From a virus (lineage: Duplodnaviria; Caudoviricetes): 57,079 bases of DNA. Below, piece by piece: positions 7,996-17,584 of the stretch (position 1 is its first letter; the number at the start of each line of letters is the position of its first letter). The notes below the pieces were generated by a model that saw nothing but the letters and a program-made list of their open reading frames with translations, made no database searches and had not been told where the DNA came from. The position numbers and the translations under genes are program-made. The stretch lies in the IMG/VR virus record IMGVR_UViG_3300046007_011426, positions 1 to 57,079 of that record; one strand, 5' to 3'.

Positions 7996-9266
7996 TAGTA
8001 ACCTATCGTATGGATAGAAGTTTCATTTGCTTGTTTTCCATAATCAGAAGCGTAAACTGGAGTTAGTTCTTTGAATTGCAGAGTGAGTCTATACATGACC
8101 ATTGTTGCTTCAGTGTCAGCAAAAGTCATATAAGATCCCATCGGGGTATAATCAACAGTACAATTCTGGAGAGCACATTTTTTTATTCTACCTATAGATT
8201 GATGCTCTTTTGCCTCAACTGGGGTTGTCCTATTGCTTATCCTACCTCTCATATACCTAATTTGAAAGATATAAGGAGAATTTAAAAAGACCCCAGCAGA
8301 AAATTCACTACTTCCTAATTGCCCTAATTCCCCGATATTATCGCGGGTCGCCATATTTGATTTAAAAAAATAAATAATATCTTTTATTGCAGTAGCGTCT
8401 TTATCATCTTTTGCAAATAAGTCAAAGGCAAATGAAAATTGCCTTAATTGTGGACCATTGAATAATAATTCAATGTTGTTGTTTAGGATTGCACCAGTTG
8501 ATCTCGTTAATAGATTATTAACCTGAACAGCCTGACCAGCCAGGGCAACTTTTATTGCAGTCGTGGCGGGGCTTCCTTCAGTAAATAAGTCTTTAAAACC
8601 ATCTATTTCACCTAAATTTTTTGGATCAAATGCGTTAGTATCTGATCGAGCAAGATTTAAAGAAGCATTTGCAAAAACTCTCTGTAGTTCCGAAAGCCGG
8701 TCGTCCAACCAGTCAACACTATTTGTGTCACTAATTTTAGTAATCGGTAAAACAACAAATGGGGTAGATTCTACTCTTTTATATTTTTTATCCTCTCTAT
8801 TTCCACCGACCCCGGCAATTACAATATCTTGCCCTAGTGTTGATAGGCTTCTACTTTCCGGATTATATTCATAAACGCTGAATTGTACATGATCCTGATC
8901 ATCGCTAATATCTTGTGGATATTTCAAAAAAGTGCTTTTTGTGCCTATATTTCTATACTCAATTGTCGTATAAGCCTCTTTGGGTATTGTAATAGAAAAT
9001 GGTTGATTCTCCGTTATCCCGGCTTCTGCTAGAGATTTCTTACTTTCCTTTACTAAATCTTTATTATTCTTTTGCTCATCATCAGTCGCCTTATCAGTTG
9101 GGGTAAACTTTCCATCTTGGTCATAAGAACCAATAGTCACAAAGGTAGTTGTCGATGCCCTAGGAGATGGTCTATCTTCCCGTTGAATTAAAGTTTTCCC
9201 CTCTTCGACTAACGATTTATAGGTTTTGTTATTATATCTATAGGGTTTAGATTCTTTTTCTTCCAT
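7995..9266 (-). CDS. gp48: Baseplate tail-tube cap gp48
   Basis: LKYPQD, NNNIELLFNGPQLRQFSFAF, CALQNCTVDYTP and LQFKEL motifs. Confidence 0.85.
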   Translation of the reverse strand: MEEKESKPYRYNNKTYKSLVEEGKTLIQREDRPSPRASTTTFVTIGSYDQDGKFTPTDKATDDEQKNNKDLVKESKKSLAEAGITENQPFSITIPKEAYTTIEYRNIGTKSTFLKYPQDISDDQDHVQFSVYEYNPESRSLSTLGQDIVIAGVGGNREDKKYKRVESTPFVVLPITKISDTNSVDWLDDRLSELQRVFANASLNLARSDTNAFDPKNLGEIDGFKDLFTEGSPATTAIKVALAGQAVQVNNLLTRSTGAILNNNIELLFNGPQLRQFSFAFDLFAKDDKDATAIKDIIYFFKSNMATRDNIGELGQLGSSEFSAGVFLNSPYIFQIRYMRGRISNRTTPVEAKEHQSIGRIKKCALQNCTVDYTPMGSYMTFADTEATMVMYRLTLQFKELTPVYASDYGKQANETSIHTIGY

Positions 9267-9279
9267 TTAATCTTTATGA

Positions 9280-9858
9280 CTATTTATTTACTTTTATGGG
9301 ATAAAAAGTAGGAATCCTTAAAACATAATCCAATTCTGATGGCTCTATACGATATAATTTACTCTGCACTCTATCAAATCTATATTTCCTAAAAGGTGAC
9401 TGAACATAAGTAATTGCGTCCCTCCAGTGAAAATTAATCCCCTCAAAATAACTACCACTTGCATTTGTGACTAAAACAACTGGATTCATGTCATACCATT
9501 CACCAGTTTTTGCGATATATTTAAAAGTATAAATCTCATTCAATTGAAATGAATCAGCGGTTCTCCCCTCTGTTGCCAAAACACCAATCAACAACTTAAA
9601 ATAATAATTAGGATCATAACCACTAGGAATATTTTTAGATAATTCTTCTAACTTGTTTATCTTTTCTTTTTCTTTTCTAGCCGCCTTATAATCAACAAAT
9701 TCTTCTGGATCCCTTCCTTGTTTTTTGGCAAGATAAACAATTCTCTGCTCATCAGCATCTATCTTCCTTCTTTTTGCATCGGCCAAACGACCAAAAAGAC
9801 TTAAAATTTTACTAACGGCACCCCAGGCCCTGGCCGCAACATTCGATAAAATTCCCAT
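9280..9858 (-). CDS. gp2: DNA end protector gp2-like protein
   Basis: YTFKYIAKT..WYDMNPVV..FEGINFHW..RKY; adjacent to gp4. Confidence 0.65.
   Translation of the reverse strand: MGILSNVAARAWGAVSKILSLFGRLADAKRRKIDADEQRIVYLAKKQGRDPEEFVDYKAARKEKEKINKLEELSKNIPSGYDPNYYFKLLIGVLATEGRTADSFQLNEIYTFKYIAKTGEWYDMNPVVLVTNASGSYFEGINFHWRDAITYVQSPFRKYRFDRVQSKLYRIEPSELDYVLRIPTFYPIKVNK
9281..9287 (-). promoter_or_regulatory. Late promoter (ATAAATA) for gp48-gp53
   Basis: Minus-strand motif about 15 nt before the gp48 start. Confidence 0.6.
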
Positions 9859-9860
9859 AT

Positions 9861-10301
9861 CTAAATCCCCAATTCTTTTTCTGTGACTACCCTAAACATC
9901 ATATTGTTTGATTCACAAAACTGTTTTGCCTGATTCCATTTGGACTGATTCTTTTCATAAGTAGCAACCTCATTAAGATAAGTCTGGGTTTTCTTTCTGC
10001 CTTTTTTAGGAGGTCTGGTTTGTTTGTCTGGTTTTATTTCAATCAGATAAGAATCAACTCCCCCACTTCTGTTTTTTACCTTTAAAAACAAGTCAGGAAA
10101 ATATCTTCTTACCTTATTGGTCGAAGAATCAAAATACTTTATAGGAAATGGCTCAGAAGACCATTCTAAAATACTATCGGTCGTGTCCGCCCATTTAAAG
10201 GCCCTTAGTTCCCATGAGGATCTAAACACAATTTGGTTCACATCACCAATGTATTTTTGTGGATTTTGTGGTTTAAACAGTCCTTGTAAATAATTGGCCA
10301 A
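9861..10301 (-). CDS. gp4: Head completion nuclease gp4 (TTG start)
   Basis: PQNPQKYIGD, FRSSWE, WSSE, RRYFPD, IEIKP, NQSKW and VTEKEL motifs. Confidence 0.9.
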   Translation of the reverse strand: MANYLQGLFKPQNPQKYIGDVNQIVFRSSWELRAFKWADTTDSILEWSSEPFPIKYFDSSTNKVRRYFPDLFLKVKNRSGGVDSYLIEIKPDKQTRPPKKGRKKTQTYLNEVATYEKNQSKWNQAKQFCESNNMMFRVVTEKELGI

Positions 10302-10307
10302 GGGTTA

Positions 10308-10333
10308 ATAAATAGTTATTATTACTTATTTAT
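10308..10333. promoter_or_regulatory. Pair of oppositely oriented late promoters for gp54 (+) and gp4 (-)
   Basis: ATAAATA on + at 10308-10314 and on - at 10327-10333, in a 35-nt gap. Confidence 0.7.
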
Positions 10334-10336
10334 TAA

Positions 10337-10972
10337 ATGGCCCCGAGAATTAGACCATTATCAGAAATAAAATCTAAACTTTTAAGGCCAGCGACGACTA
10401 GTCATTTTGAATGCGATTTTATTATTCCTGGGAATAATGAAAGTGGAGTTTTGCAGTTTTTAAACCAACGGATCGGGAATGGAGCGTTTGATAAAGACAT
10501 AATAAATCTTAGTTGCTGTGATGCGTCGCTTCCAGGATCTACTCTGCAAACGGCAACTCTTACTGATTCTTATACTGGTGTTACTGAAAATTATGCCTAT
10601 AGGAGAGCCTACGATAATCGGGCGGATTTTACTTTTTATGTTGTTTATAGCCCAGAAAAAGCTCCTTATTCTGTAATTGAAGTATTTGAAAATTGGATTG
10701 CCTATGCGGCTGGTGAAGATGATAAAAGAGGGCAAGGAAATCCAAATTATTTTTATAGGGTTAATTTTCCTTCTTTATATATGACAGACTTTACTATCAA
10801 AAAATTTGAAAAAGATTTTGATAAAACAAAAAAATTTTTAAGCTATCGATTCATACGTGCCTTTCCTCAGTCTATTGCCTCAATGCCAGTTTCTTATGAG
10901 GGCTCTCAGGTATTAAAATGCACTGTATCTTTTTCATACCAAAGGTATGTATTAAATCTACCAAATCCCTAA
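10337..10972 (+). CDS. gp54: Baseplate tail-tube initiator gp54 (tube fold)
   Basis: ASLPG, FTFYV, FENW and AFPQSI..VSY..CTVSFSY motifs. Confidence 0.75.
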   Translation: MAPRIRPLSEIKSKLLRPATTSHFECDFIIPGNNESGVLQFLNQRIGNGAFDKDIINLSCCDASLPGSTLQTATLTDSYTGVTENYAYRRAYDNRADFTFYVVYSPEKAPYSVIEVFENWIAYAAGEDDKRGQGNPNYFYRVNFPSLYMTDFTIKKFEKDFDKTKKFLSYRFIRAFPQSIASMPVSYEGSQVLKCTVSFSYQRYVLNLPNP

Positions 10973-10981
10973 ACCAATCAC

Positions 10982-10988
10982 CTAAATA
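10982..10988 (+). promoter_or_regulatory. Late promoter for the gp26 operon
   Basis: CTAAATA about 28 nt before the ATG. Confidence 0.7.
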
Positions 10989-11016
10989 GTACCATGGTTA
11001 TTACTTTATAAATTTT

Positions 11017-11739
11017 ATGGCTCTTCCTATTGTTAATGCTCCTGAATATTTTCTTGAACTCCCTTCAACTGGAAAGAAGGTGAAATATCGTCCTTTTGTT
11101 GTAAGAGAGGAAAAGGTTCTTCTACTTGCACTTGAATCCGAGGACGTTGCTGAAATGTCTAACGCGGTGAAAAATGTATTGACTAGTTGTGTAAAAGGCG
11201 AAAACCTTAATATTGAAACCCTCCCTACTTTTGATATTGAATACCTATTCCTCAATATCCGAGGAAAGGCGGTTGGAGAAGAGATTGAATTGCAACTTCT
11301 TTGCCCTGATGATGGTGAGACTTATGTAAAAACCAAGATCTTTATTGATGAAATCAAGGTCAAAAAAGACCCTACCCATACTAATAAAATAAAGATTAAT
11401 GATGACCTGATGATGGAAATGAGGTATCCATCACTTGAGCAGTTTATTAAATCCAACTTCAACTTTGAAGACCGCAAGAGTCAACTAGAGCAATCAATTG
11501 AACTAATCGCCTCTTGTGTTGATAAAATTTATAACCAAGAAGGGGTCTGGACTTCTTCTGATGCGACGACTAAAGAAATTATTGATTTTCTTGAAGACCT
11601 TACCTCGACCCAGTTCAGTGAGATTGAAAAGTTCTTTGAGACCATGCCAAAACTAGAACATAAAGTCAAGATTAAAAATCCAAAAACAGAAGTCGAGAGT
11701 ACCATTACACTTGCAGGGCTAACCGATTTTTTCGGTTGA
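11017..11739 (+). CDS. gp26: Baseplate hub subunit gp26
   Basis: LPSTGKKVKYRPFVVREEKVLL, FDIEYLFLNIRGKAVGE and FFETMPKL motifs. Confidence 0.9.
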   Translation: MALPIVNAPEYFLELPSTGKKVKYRPFVVREEKVLLLALESEDVAEMSNAVKNVLTSCVKGENLNIETLPTFDIEYLFLNIRGKAVGEEIELQLLCPDDGETYVKTKIFIDEIKVKKDPTHTNKIKINDDLMMEMRYPSLEQFIKSNFNFEDRKSQLEQSIELIASCVDKIYNQEGVWTSSDATTKEIIDFLEDLTSTQFSEIEKFFETMPKLEHKVKIKNPKTEVESTITLAGLTDFFG

Positions 11740-11918
11740 GCCTGAGCCATATGGATCTGATGTCTTACTATAAATTAAATTTTAGTCTGGCCCAGTTCCA
11801 TAAATGGTCAATAGCCGAAATAGAAAACTTTATTCCTTATGAACGTGAACTTTATGTGATAATGTTGAATCAACACATCGAGGAAGAAGAACAAAAGCAA
11901 AAAGCCCTGTCCCAATAA
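11736..11918 (+). CDS. gp51: Baseplate hub assembly protein gp51
   Basis: YYKLNFSLAQFHKWSIAEIEN.IPYERELY. Confidence 0.85.
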   Translation: MSLSHMDLMSYYKLNFSLAQFHKWSIAEIENFIPYERELYVIMLNQHIEEEEQKQKALSQ

Positions 11919-14573
11919 ATGTCAGTCAGAAACAAATTAGACGCACTTAAAAGAATACTTGGGGCTGAGAACTTCTTTCTGGCCGAGGCATTTATTGACA
12001 AAAATTTAAAACCACTAAAGATCAGAAAAACATCTAATCTTTATGTTGCGGCTGTTGAATATATTGGCACATTAATACAAGAAGAAAAGCAGATATTAAC
12101 GGATAAAGAAGCCGAGATCTTAGCCAAAGATAATACAAAAAAGACTGTTGGTACTGTTCATAAAAAGCTAAAGAAAGAGTTTGATAATCTTGTAAAATTA
12201 AATCAAATACTGGAAGGAGAAAAGAAAGAACCAGCAAGATCCCCATCTAAACCTCTCCCTGATCCGATTCCGGCTGCCCCGGCAAAAAAAGAACCACCCG
12301 AAGTAACTCTTGAGGCCGATCAAAAAAGAGTTCAAAAAGGCGGCTCTGCAACAGTAACCTGGGCATCTAAAAATGCGGCCAGGATATCAAGAACGGATAT
12401 TCCAGGAGTAACATCAAGATCTCCTTTGAGTGGTTCTATAGAAATCAAGGACATAAGAAGGAGAAGAGATCTTTATATTGTTGTAGAGTCTTTAGATGGC
12501 CAAAAAGCCGAGGCCAGGACTCAAATTTTTGTTGAGACCCAGGATTATCAAAGGAAAAAAGAGAAAGGATTGGTTGATGAAGAACCTCCTACTCCACAAC
12601 CAAAACCACCCTTAACTAATCTGGTTAGCCCATCTTCTAGACCTCAACCAGAGCCAAGAAGACGGTTAACACCAGATGCCGAATCTTCTAATATAAACAC
12701 CAATATTCTTGTCAGTATTGAAAAATCTCTTACAAACATCTCTAGAGTTCTTGCCTCTCAATTGAAGTTGGGTCAAAGAATTTTTGATACCGAAAGAAGA
12801 TCAGCCGAGGCCGCAAATCGGCTCAAGAAAGAAGAACAAATGGAGGGTAAAGATGAGGGTCCTTCAGGCACTTCCTTAATGAAGGCCGGGGCCGAAAAGA
12901 TGATTTCTCCTTTTAAGGCTATTATTGATAAGATCGTTAACTTCTTGGTCTTTACATTTTTGGGTCGGGCCTTTACTGAGATCATAAAGTGGATGAATGA
13001 TCCGGCAAATAAAGGAAAGGTTGATGCCCTAGGAAAATTCTTAAAGGCCGCCTGGCCAATTCTTCTTGGACTTTCCTTATTATTCTTGACTCCTTTGGGT
13101 AGTTTTATTTTAGGAACTGTTCAGTTCTTGACTGGAACTGCCAAGACCTTAAAGGGCCTGAAAGGACTAATTGATAGACTTATCTTTAAGAAAGGAGCCA
13201 AACCACCTGTAAAGGGCGGCCCAGGTGTTGCAGGAGGCACTAAGGGGAAAGTGACGGTAAGCGGGCAGACACAGGCTAGAGGGTCATTTTCAAGGCGGTC
13301 TCCAATATCTGGAGATGTTCAACCAACAAAAGGGTTTAAATTACCTAAAATCCCAGCGTCTCCTCTAAAGACTATTGGGAAGGGTGGTCTTGCTACGGCT
13401 GCTGTAACTACAATACTAGAGATTTTTAAACCACAGATCCAAGGTGCTGTAGGTCAATTTTATGCAAACGTGGGATCGGGTATGAAAAATTTATCCGATG
13501 AACAACTAATAAAAGAAATTGAAATTGAATCTAAAACAAAAGAAGATCCTTTTGGTAGACTTAGATTATTACAAGAAGAAGCCGAAAGGAGACAGAAAAA
13601 ATTCTCTACTGGTGGTCAAATATTCTCGGGACTTGTAACAGAAAAAGACGGTATAAAAGTATCTGGCGCGGGGAAAGATACCCAGGCATTCCCTGTTATG
13701 GGAGGCGGGACAGCGGTTCTCCAACCTGGAGAAGTCGTTCTTAATAAGGCCGGTGTAAAAAATGCACTTTCCATAGGAATTGACCCATTAAAATTAAACA
13801 CCGGACCAAATGCAAATAAACCAGTTAATATAACGGGTGGAATAAAAGCCATGAAATCGGGTGGTATTATTGGTGGCATGAATAAAATGCCAAAAATCTC
13901 TAGTAATAAAAAGATGCCATCGATGAACATGAATATGGCAAATAATATTACTAATAGATCAACCAATGTAAATGTCAACAATAATATGACAATGAAGAAT
14001 TCTGGAACTTCTTCATATAGGCCAATAAAACAATCAGCTCCTATGATGAGTAATTATTCGTCAATGGGTACTAGGCCAATAAGACAATCAACTCCTATGA
14101 TGAGTAATTATTCTTCAATGAGAAGTAGTCCGACAAGACAATCAACTCCTATGGCAAGTAATTATTCCTCAACTACGCCTAGGTCAATGTCTTCTGGTAT
14201 TTCTATGACCAGGCCATTTACTCCTCAGACTAGAACATACCAGCCAACAAGTCCATATATTAGAAAACCAGAACAAACTTCGTATTTTAGTTCTTATGAT
14301 AAAATAGCCAGATCAACATCTACTGTTTATCAGACTTCAAATAACTTCCAGCCCATAAGATCTACTCCAACACTTACTGCACCGGCTCCCCTTTCGAGAA
14401 GAAACAGATCCGAACCAATTATCCTACCACCTATCACTCAAAACGCCAATATGGTTGGATCATCCGCCACGGGTTCTGGCACCCAAATTCCATCCTTTGG
14501 GGCCACTTGCCCATCATCAAGTGCGGCAACGGCCAGAAAAATCCTATGTGACACCTATGGGATAATTGCCTAA
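11919..14573 (+). CDS. Tape-measure-like/hub-associated structural protein with hydrophobic helices and an Ig-like insert
   Basis: Helical body, hydrophobic segments, FSTGG..G.G.D..LQPGEVV motif, low-complexity tail; follows gp51. Confidence 0.55.
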   Translation: MSVRNKLDALKRILGAENFFLAEAFIDKNLKPLKIRKTSNLYVAAVEYIGTLIQEEKQILTDKEAEILAKDNTKKTVGTVHKKLKKEFDNLVKLNQILEGEKKEPARSPSKPLPDPIPAAPAKKEPPEVTLEADQKRVQKGGSATVTWASKNAARISRTDIPGVTSRSPLSGSIEIKDIRRRRDLYIVVESLDGQKAEARTQIFVETQDYQRKKEKGLVDEEPPTPQPKPPLTNLVSPSSRPQPEPRRRLTPDAESSNINTNILVSIEKSLTNISRVLASQLKLGQRIFDTERRSAEAANRLKKEEQMEGKDEGPSGTSLMKAGAEKMISPFKAIIDKIVNFLVFTFLGRAFTEIIKWMNDPANKGKVDALGKFLKAAWPILLGLSLLFLTPLGSFILGTVQFLTGTAKTLKGLKGLIDRLIFKKGAKPPVKGGPGVAGGTKGKVTVSGQTQARGSFSRRSPISGDVQPTKGFKLPKIPASPLKTIGKGGLATAAVTTILEIFKPQIQGAVGQFYANVGSGMKNLSDEQLIKEIEIESKTKEDPFGRLRLLQEEAERRQKKFSTGGQIFSGLVTEKDGIKVSGAGKDTQAFPVMGGGTAVLQPGEVVLNKAGVKNALSIGIDPLKLNTGPNANKPVNITGGIKAMKSGGIIGGMNKMPKISSNKKMPSMNMNMANNITNRSTNVNVNNNMTMKNSGTSSYRPIKQSAPMMSNYSSMGTRPIRQSTPMMSNYSSMRSSPTRQSTPMASNYSSTTPRSMSSGISMTRPFTPQTRTYQPTSPYIRKPEQTSYFSSYDKIARSTSTVYQTSNNFQPIRSTPTLTAPAPLSRRNRSEPIILPPITQNANMVGSSATGSGTQIPSFGATCPSSSAATARKILCDTYGIIA
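14019..14173 (+). repeat. 3 x 54-nt in-frame tandem repeat (RPIRQSTPMMSNYSSM..)
   Basis: Units start at 14019, 14073 and 14127. Confidence 0.85.
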
Positions 14574-17500
14574 TGGATCCGTCTAAATTCTTTAATCGAA
14601 AAATAAACATAAGAAACCCAGAAACTCCTTATAATAAAGGAAAGTTTGTTGACGAGTCGCAGAATTATTCCAATAGAGTTTCTTCTAGAATAAATCAATC
14701 ACCATTAACCAAGTCTTTATTCTCTTTAAGGAATAAGGTATTTCAGATTGAGAATTTATTAAACGGTATTTTTAGTCTAGATAAAAAGAAACAAGAACAA
14801 ACCAAAAAGATAAAGGCGGCCGAAGTACCTGATAGAAAACCAAAAACAAAAGGACCCCAGATTTTTGGCAACCTTATACAAAGACCTAAAACAGGAGCCC
14901 TTGATTTAATAAAAGATTTTGTCACGTTTACATTTTTGGGCTGGCTGTTTACAAGAATTCAACCATTGCTTGGTGGTCTGACAAAACTTGGACCATTATT
15001 AGAAGGAATGTCCTGGTTTATTGGTGGAACACTTAAAAATATGGTCGATGTTTTTGCGACCTTTTTAAAGTTGGGTTTTGATGCAAAAGAGAAATTTGAT
15101 AGTATAGCCGGGGATATAAAGAAAAATACAAAAGGGATAGACAAGGCATTTGATGAAACCTTAAATTCCTTAAAGGGGGTTTTTACTGGTGTAATACAAC
15201 TGACCAATTCCTTTTTGGCCGTTTCTGTAAAGGAAGATGAATTAAACGAGGCAAAGACCCAGTTAGCCAAAGAACAATCTGCCGATAATGTTCCTCCGCT
15301 TCCACCTTTACCAAAAGCCGATGTCCCACAAACGCCACCAACATCCGATCCATTTCCTAAGACCCCGCCAGTTCAAAAATTCAATACTGGTGGTGTTATT
15401 CGTGGTTATAATGAAGGTGGAAGAATTGATCCGAGAACACCCATAACTCGCGGAGTAGAATCTCAAAGAAGAGAAGTACCCAAACCAAAGCCAATTATTC
15501 AACCACAAAAAACTACCCCAGGTAAGGACGTTGGTGGCGATAAGAAGGTTAAGCAGTTATATGATCAAACTCGCGCAGGTATTCCTGATTTTATTCCACT
15601 TCCTTCTTTCTTCAGGTCTGATAAAAAGAGTGGTTTTGCTGCCCTAATGGGTGCATCTGAAGAGTATAAAAAGCCAATGACCAATGATATTCTTGGTATT
15701 GGAAATATGATGGGTGCCTCTGTTGATTCTGCCTTGGGCCAGAAAATAGAAAAGAAATCTTATACCCAGTTTGCGGACGGTATTAAGTATTTGGTTAATT
15801 ATGGCCGAACCCAACCAGAAGAGTTTGCAAAAATTGATCTTGAAGACATGGTGAGGAAGATTGTTGAGCCAAGAGTAAATATGGCAATCAATCGTATTCA
15901 AGAAGAGATTAATAAAAAGTCAGCAGTTGAGGTTACACCTGGTCCCGGTGGAGGGATGGAAGGAGGAGGAGCTATTGGTACTATAGATATTGGTGGTTTT
16001 AGCCCCGAAGATGTTGATGCTCTAGGCAGGATGATCCAGGCCGAATCTGGAAGTGAAAGCGCATTAGGAAAAGCCGGTGTTTTGGCCGTAATTTTGAACA
16101 GGTATAGATTAATAAAATCTGGAACTCCTCCAAGTCAATTCAATATTTCAGGTAAAACAAGTGAACAAGTTACAATAAGAGATATTTTATTTGCGGGTGG
16201 AACTGGTCCTGGAAATCAATTTTCACCTTATAAAGATGGTAGTTTTGAGCGGACTAGCTCTGCTGCTGGTAAAAGTGCCCTTGCCGCTGCCATTCAAAGT
16301 GGGGGTAATGACCCACAAAAATTTAAAGATAATTTAATATCTTCAGGACTAAGTGAAGCAGATGCAGATTATGTTATTAGATCTGTATCATTTTCTAATG
16401 CTAGAACTAGGTCATCTAGGCCATTTAATACTAGAGAAGTTGCTGTTGGCAATCATGTTTTTCAACATTCACCAAACATAAGATTAACTGGACAAATTGG
16501 AGCAATTGATGCTAGTGTGACTAGTAATTACTCTGCGGTTTTGGTTGATGGTGGTGTATTACCTAGTACTAGAATTATAACAAGTTATAGGGGCTGGAGA
16601 TGGGGCCGAATGCATCGTGGAGTTGATTATGCTGGACCTGGGGTGGATGACCACCCCATTAGTGTTATTAAGCCTGGAAAAGTTGTCGCGGCTGGATGGG
16701 ATGACGGTGGTGGTGGGTTTATAGTAGTAATTGATCACACTGATGGGGCTACGACAAAATATTTTCACTTAAAAGAGGGAAGTATGAAAGTAAAAGTTGG
16801 TGAAAATATAGTTCCAGGCCAGGTTATCGGTATTGTGGGTAATACTGGAAGAAGCACAGGTACTCATCTACACTTTGAGATTTGGAAGGGTGGAAAAGAT
16901 TTGGATAATCCTCACAAATTAGCCGATGGTTATTTTAGATTTGGGGGAAACGTTAAGCCAACAGAAGTACAAAAATTAGCAAAAAAAGGTGGTAAAGAAG
17001 GATATATAAACCCTCAAGGAACATTTGTAGAAAGAAGATGGGCACCTGAGGAAAAACGTCGGTTTGAAAATGAAAATATTAAAAAAACCCAGCAACCCAT
17101 AACTCAAGCACCTAGACCACCAGAACTACAAAGAATTACTCAAACACCTAAAGGAACCGGGCATCTTGTTAATAATAAAATGTATTATTTTGATATAAAT
17201 ACTGGAGTTCTTAAGGATGATAAAAACAAGATAATACAAGAAAGTTCTAATGAGTGGAAAAATGTGATGCCAGAAATCCTTAGGAGAACCACATCAAAAG
17301 ACAGAGAAAAATTAAGAAAGAAATTAGAAGCAAAAAAGGAAAATGAGAACAATCCTCTTTTTCAAATAATAAAAGGCTGGCAAAATATATTTGGAATAAG
17401 TTCGACCAGTCCAACTTTACCAGCCGAAAAATACACTTCTTATAATCAACCAAGAGGATCTCAAGAACCAGTATTGGCCATTCAACCCGTCATAATATCC

Positions 17501-17584
17501 AATCAAATTCCAGTCCCTGTTTCATCTGGCGCTGTTGCATTTCTCCCTCCTAGAATAAGTAGTTCTAAATCAAATCTAGTATAA
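14573..17584 (+). CDS. Virion peptidoglycan hydrolase: tape-measure-like N-terminus, SleB/Hydrolase_2-like domain, M23 peptidase
   Basis: LGRMIQAES..VILNR..QFSP..VGNHVF; HRGVD..YFHL..GNTGRSTGTHLHFEI. Confidence 0.85.
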   Translation: MDPSKFFNRKINIRNPETPYNKGKFVDESQNYSNRVSSRINQSPLTKSLFSLRNKVFQIENLLNGIFSLDKKKQEQTKKIKAAEVPDRKPKTKGPQIFGNLIQRPKTGALDLIKDFVTFTFLGWLFTRIQPLLGGLTKLGPLLEGMSWFIGGTLKNMVDVFATFLKLGFDAKEKFDSIAGDIKKNTKGIDKAFDETLNSLKGVFTGVIQLTNSFLAVSVKEDELNEAKTQLAKEQSADNVPPLPPLPKADVPQTPPTSDPFPKTPPVQKFNTGGVIRGYNEGGRIDPRTPITRGVESQRREVPKPKPIIQPQKTTPGKDVGGDKKVKQLYDQTRAGIPDFIPLPSFFRSDKKSGFAALMGASEEYKKPMTNDILGIGNMMGASVDSALGQKIEKKSYTQFADGIKYLVNYGRTQPEEFAKIDLEDMVRKIVEPRVNMAINRIQEEINKKSAVEVTPGPGGGMEGGGAIGTIDIGGFSPEDVDALGRMIQAESGSESALGKAGVLAVILNRYRLIKSGTPPSQFNISGKTSEQVTIRDILFAGGTGPGNQFSPYKDGSFERTSSAAGKSALAAAIQSGGNDPQKFKDNLISSGLSEADADYVIRSVSFSNARTRSSRPFNTREVAVGNHVFQHSPNIRLTGQIGAIDASVTSNYSAVLVDGGVLPSTRIITSYRGWRWGRMHRGVDYAGPGVDDHPISVIKPGKVVAAGWDDGGGGFIVVIDHTDGATTKYFHLKEGSMKVKVGENIVPGQVIGIVGNTGRSTGTHLHFEIWKGGKDLDNPHKLADGYFRFGGNVKPTEVQKLAKKGGKEGYINPQGTFVERRWAPEEKRRFENENIKKTQQPITQAPRPPELQRITQTPKGTGHLVNNKMYYFDINTGVLKDDKNKIIQESSNEWKNVMPEILRRTTSKDREKLRKKLEAKKENENNPLFQIIKGWQNIFGISSTSPTLPAEKYTSYNQPRGSQEPVLAIQPVIISNQIPVPVSSGAVAFLPPRISSSKSNLV

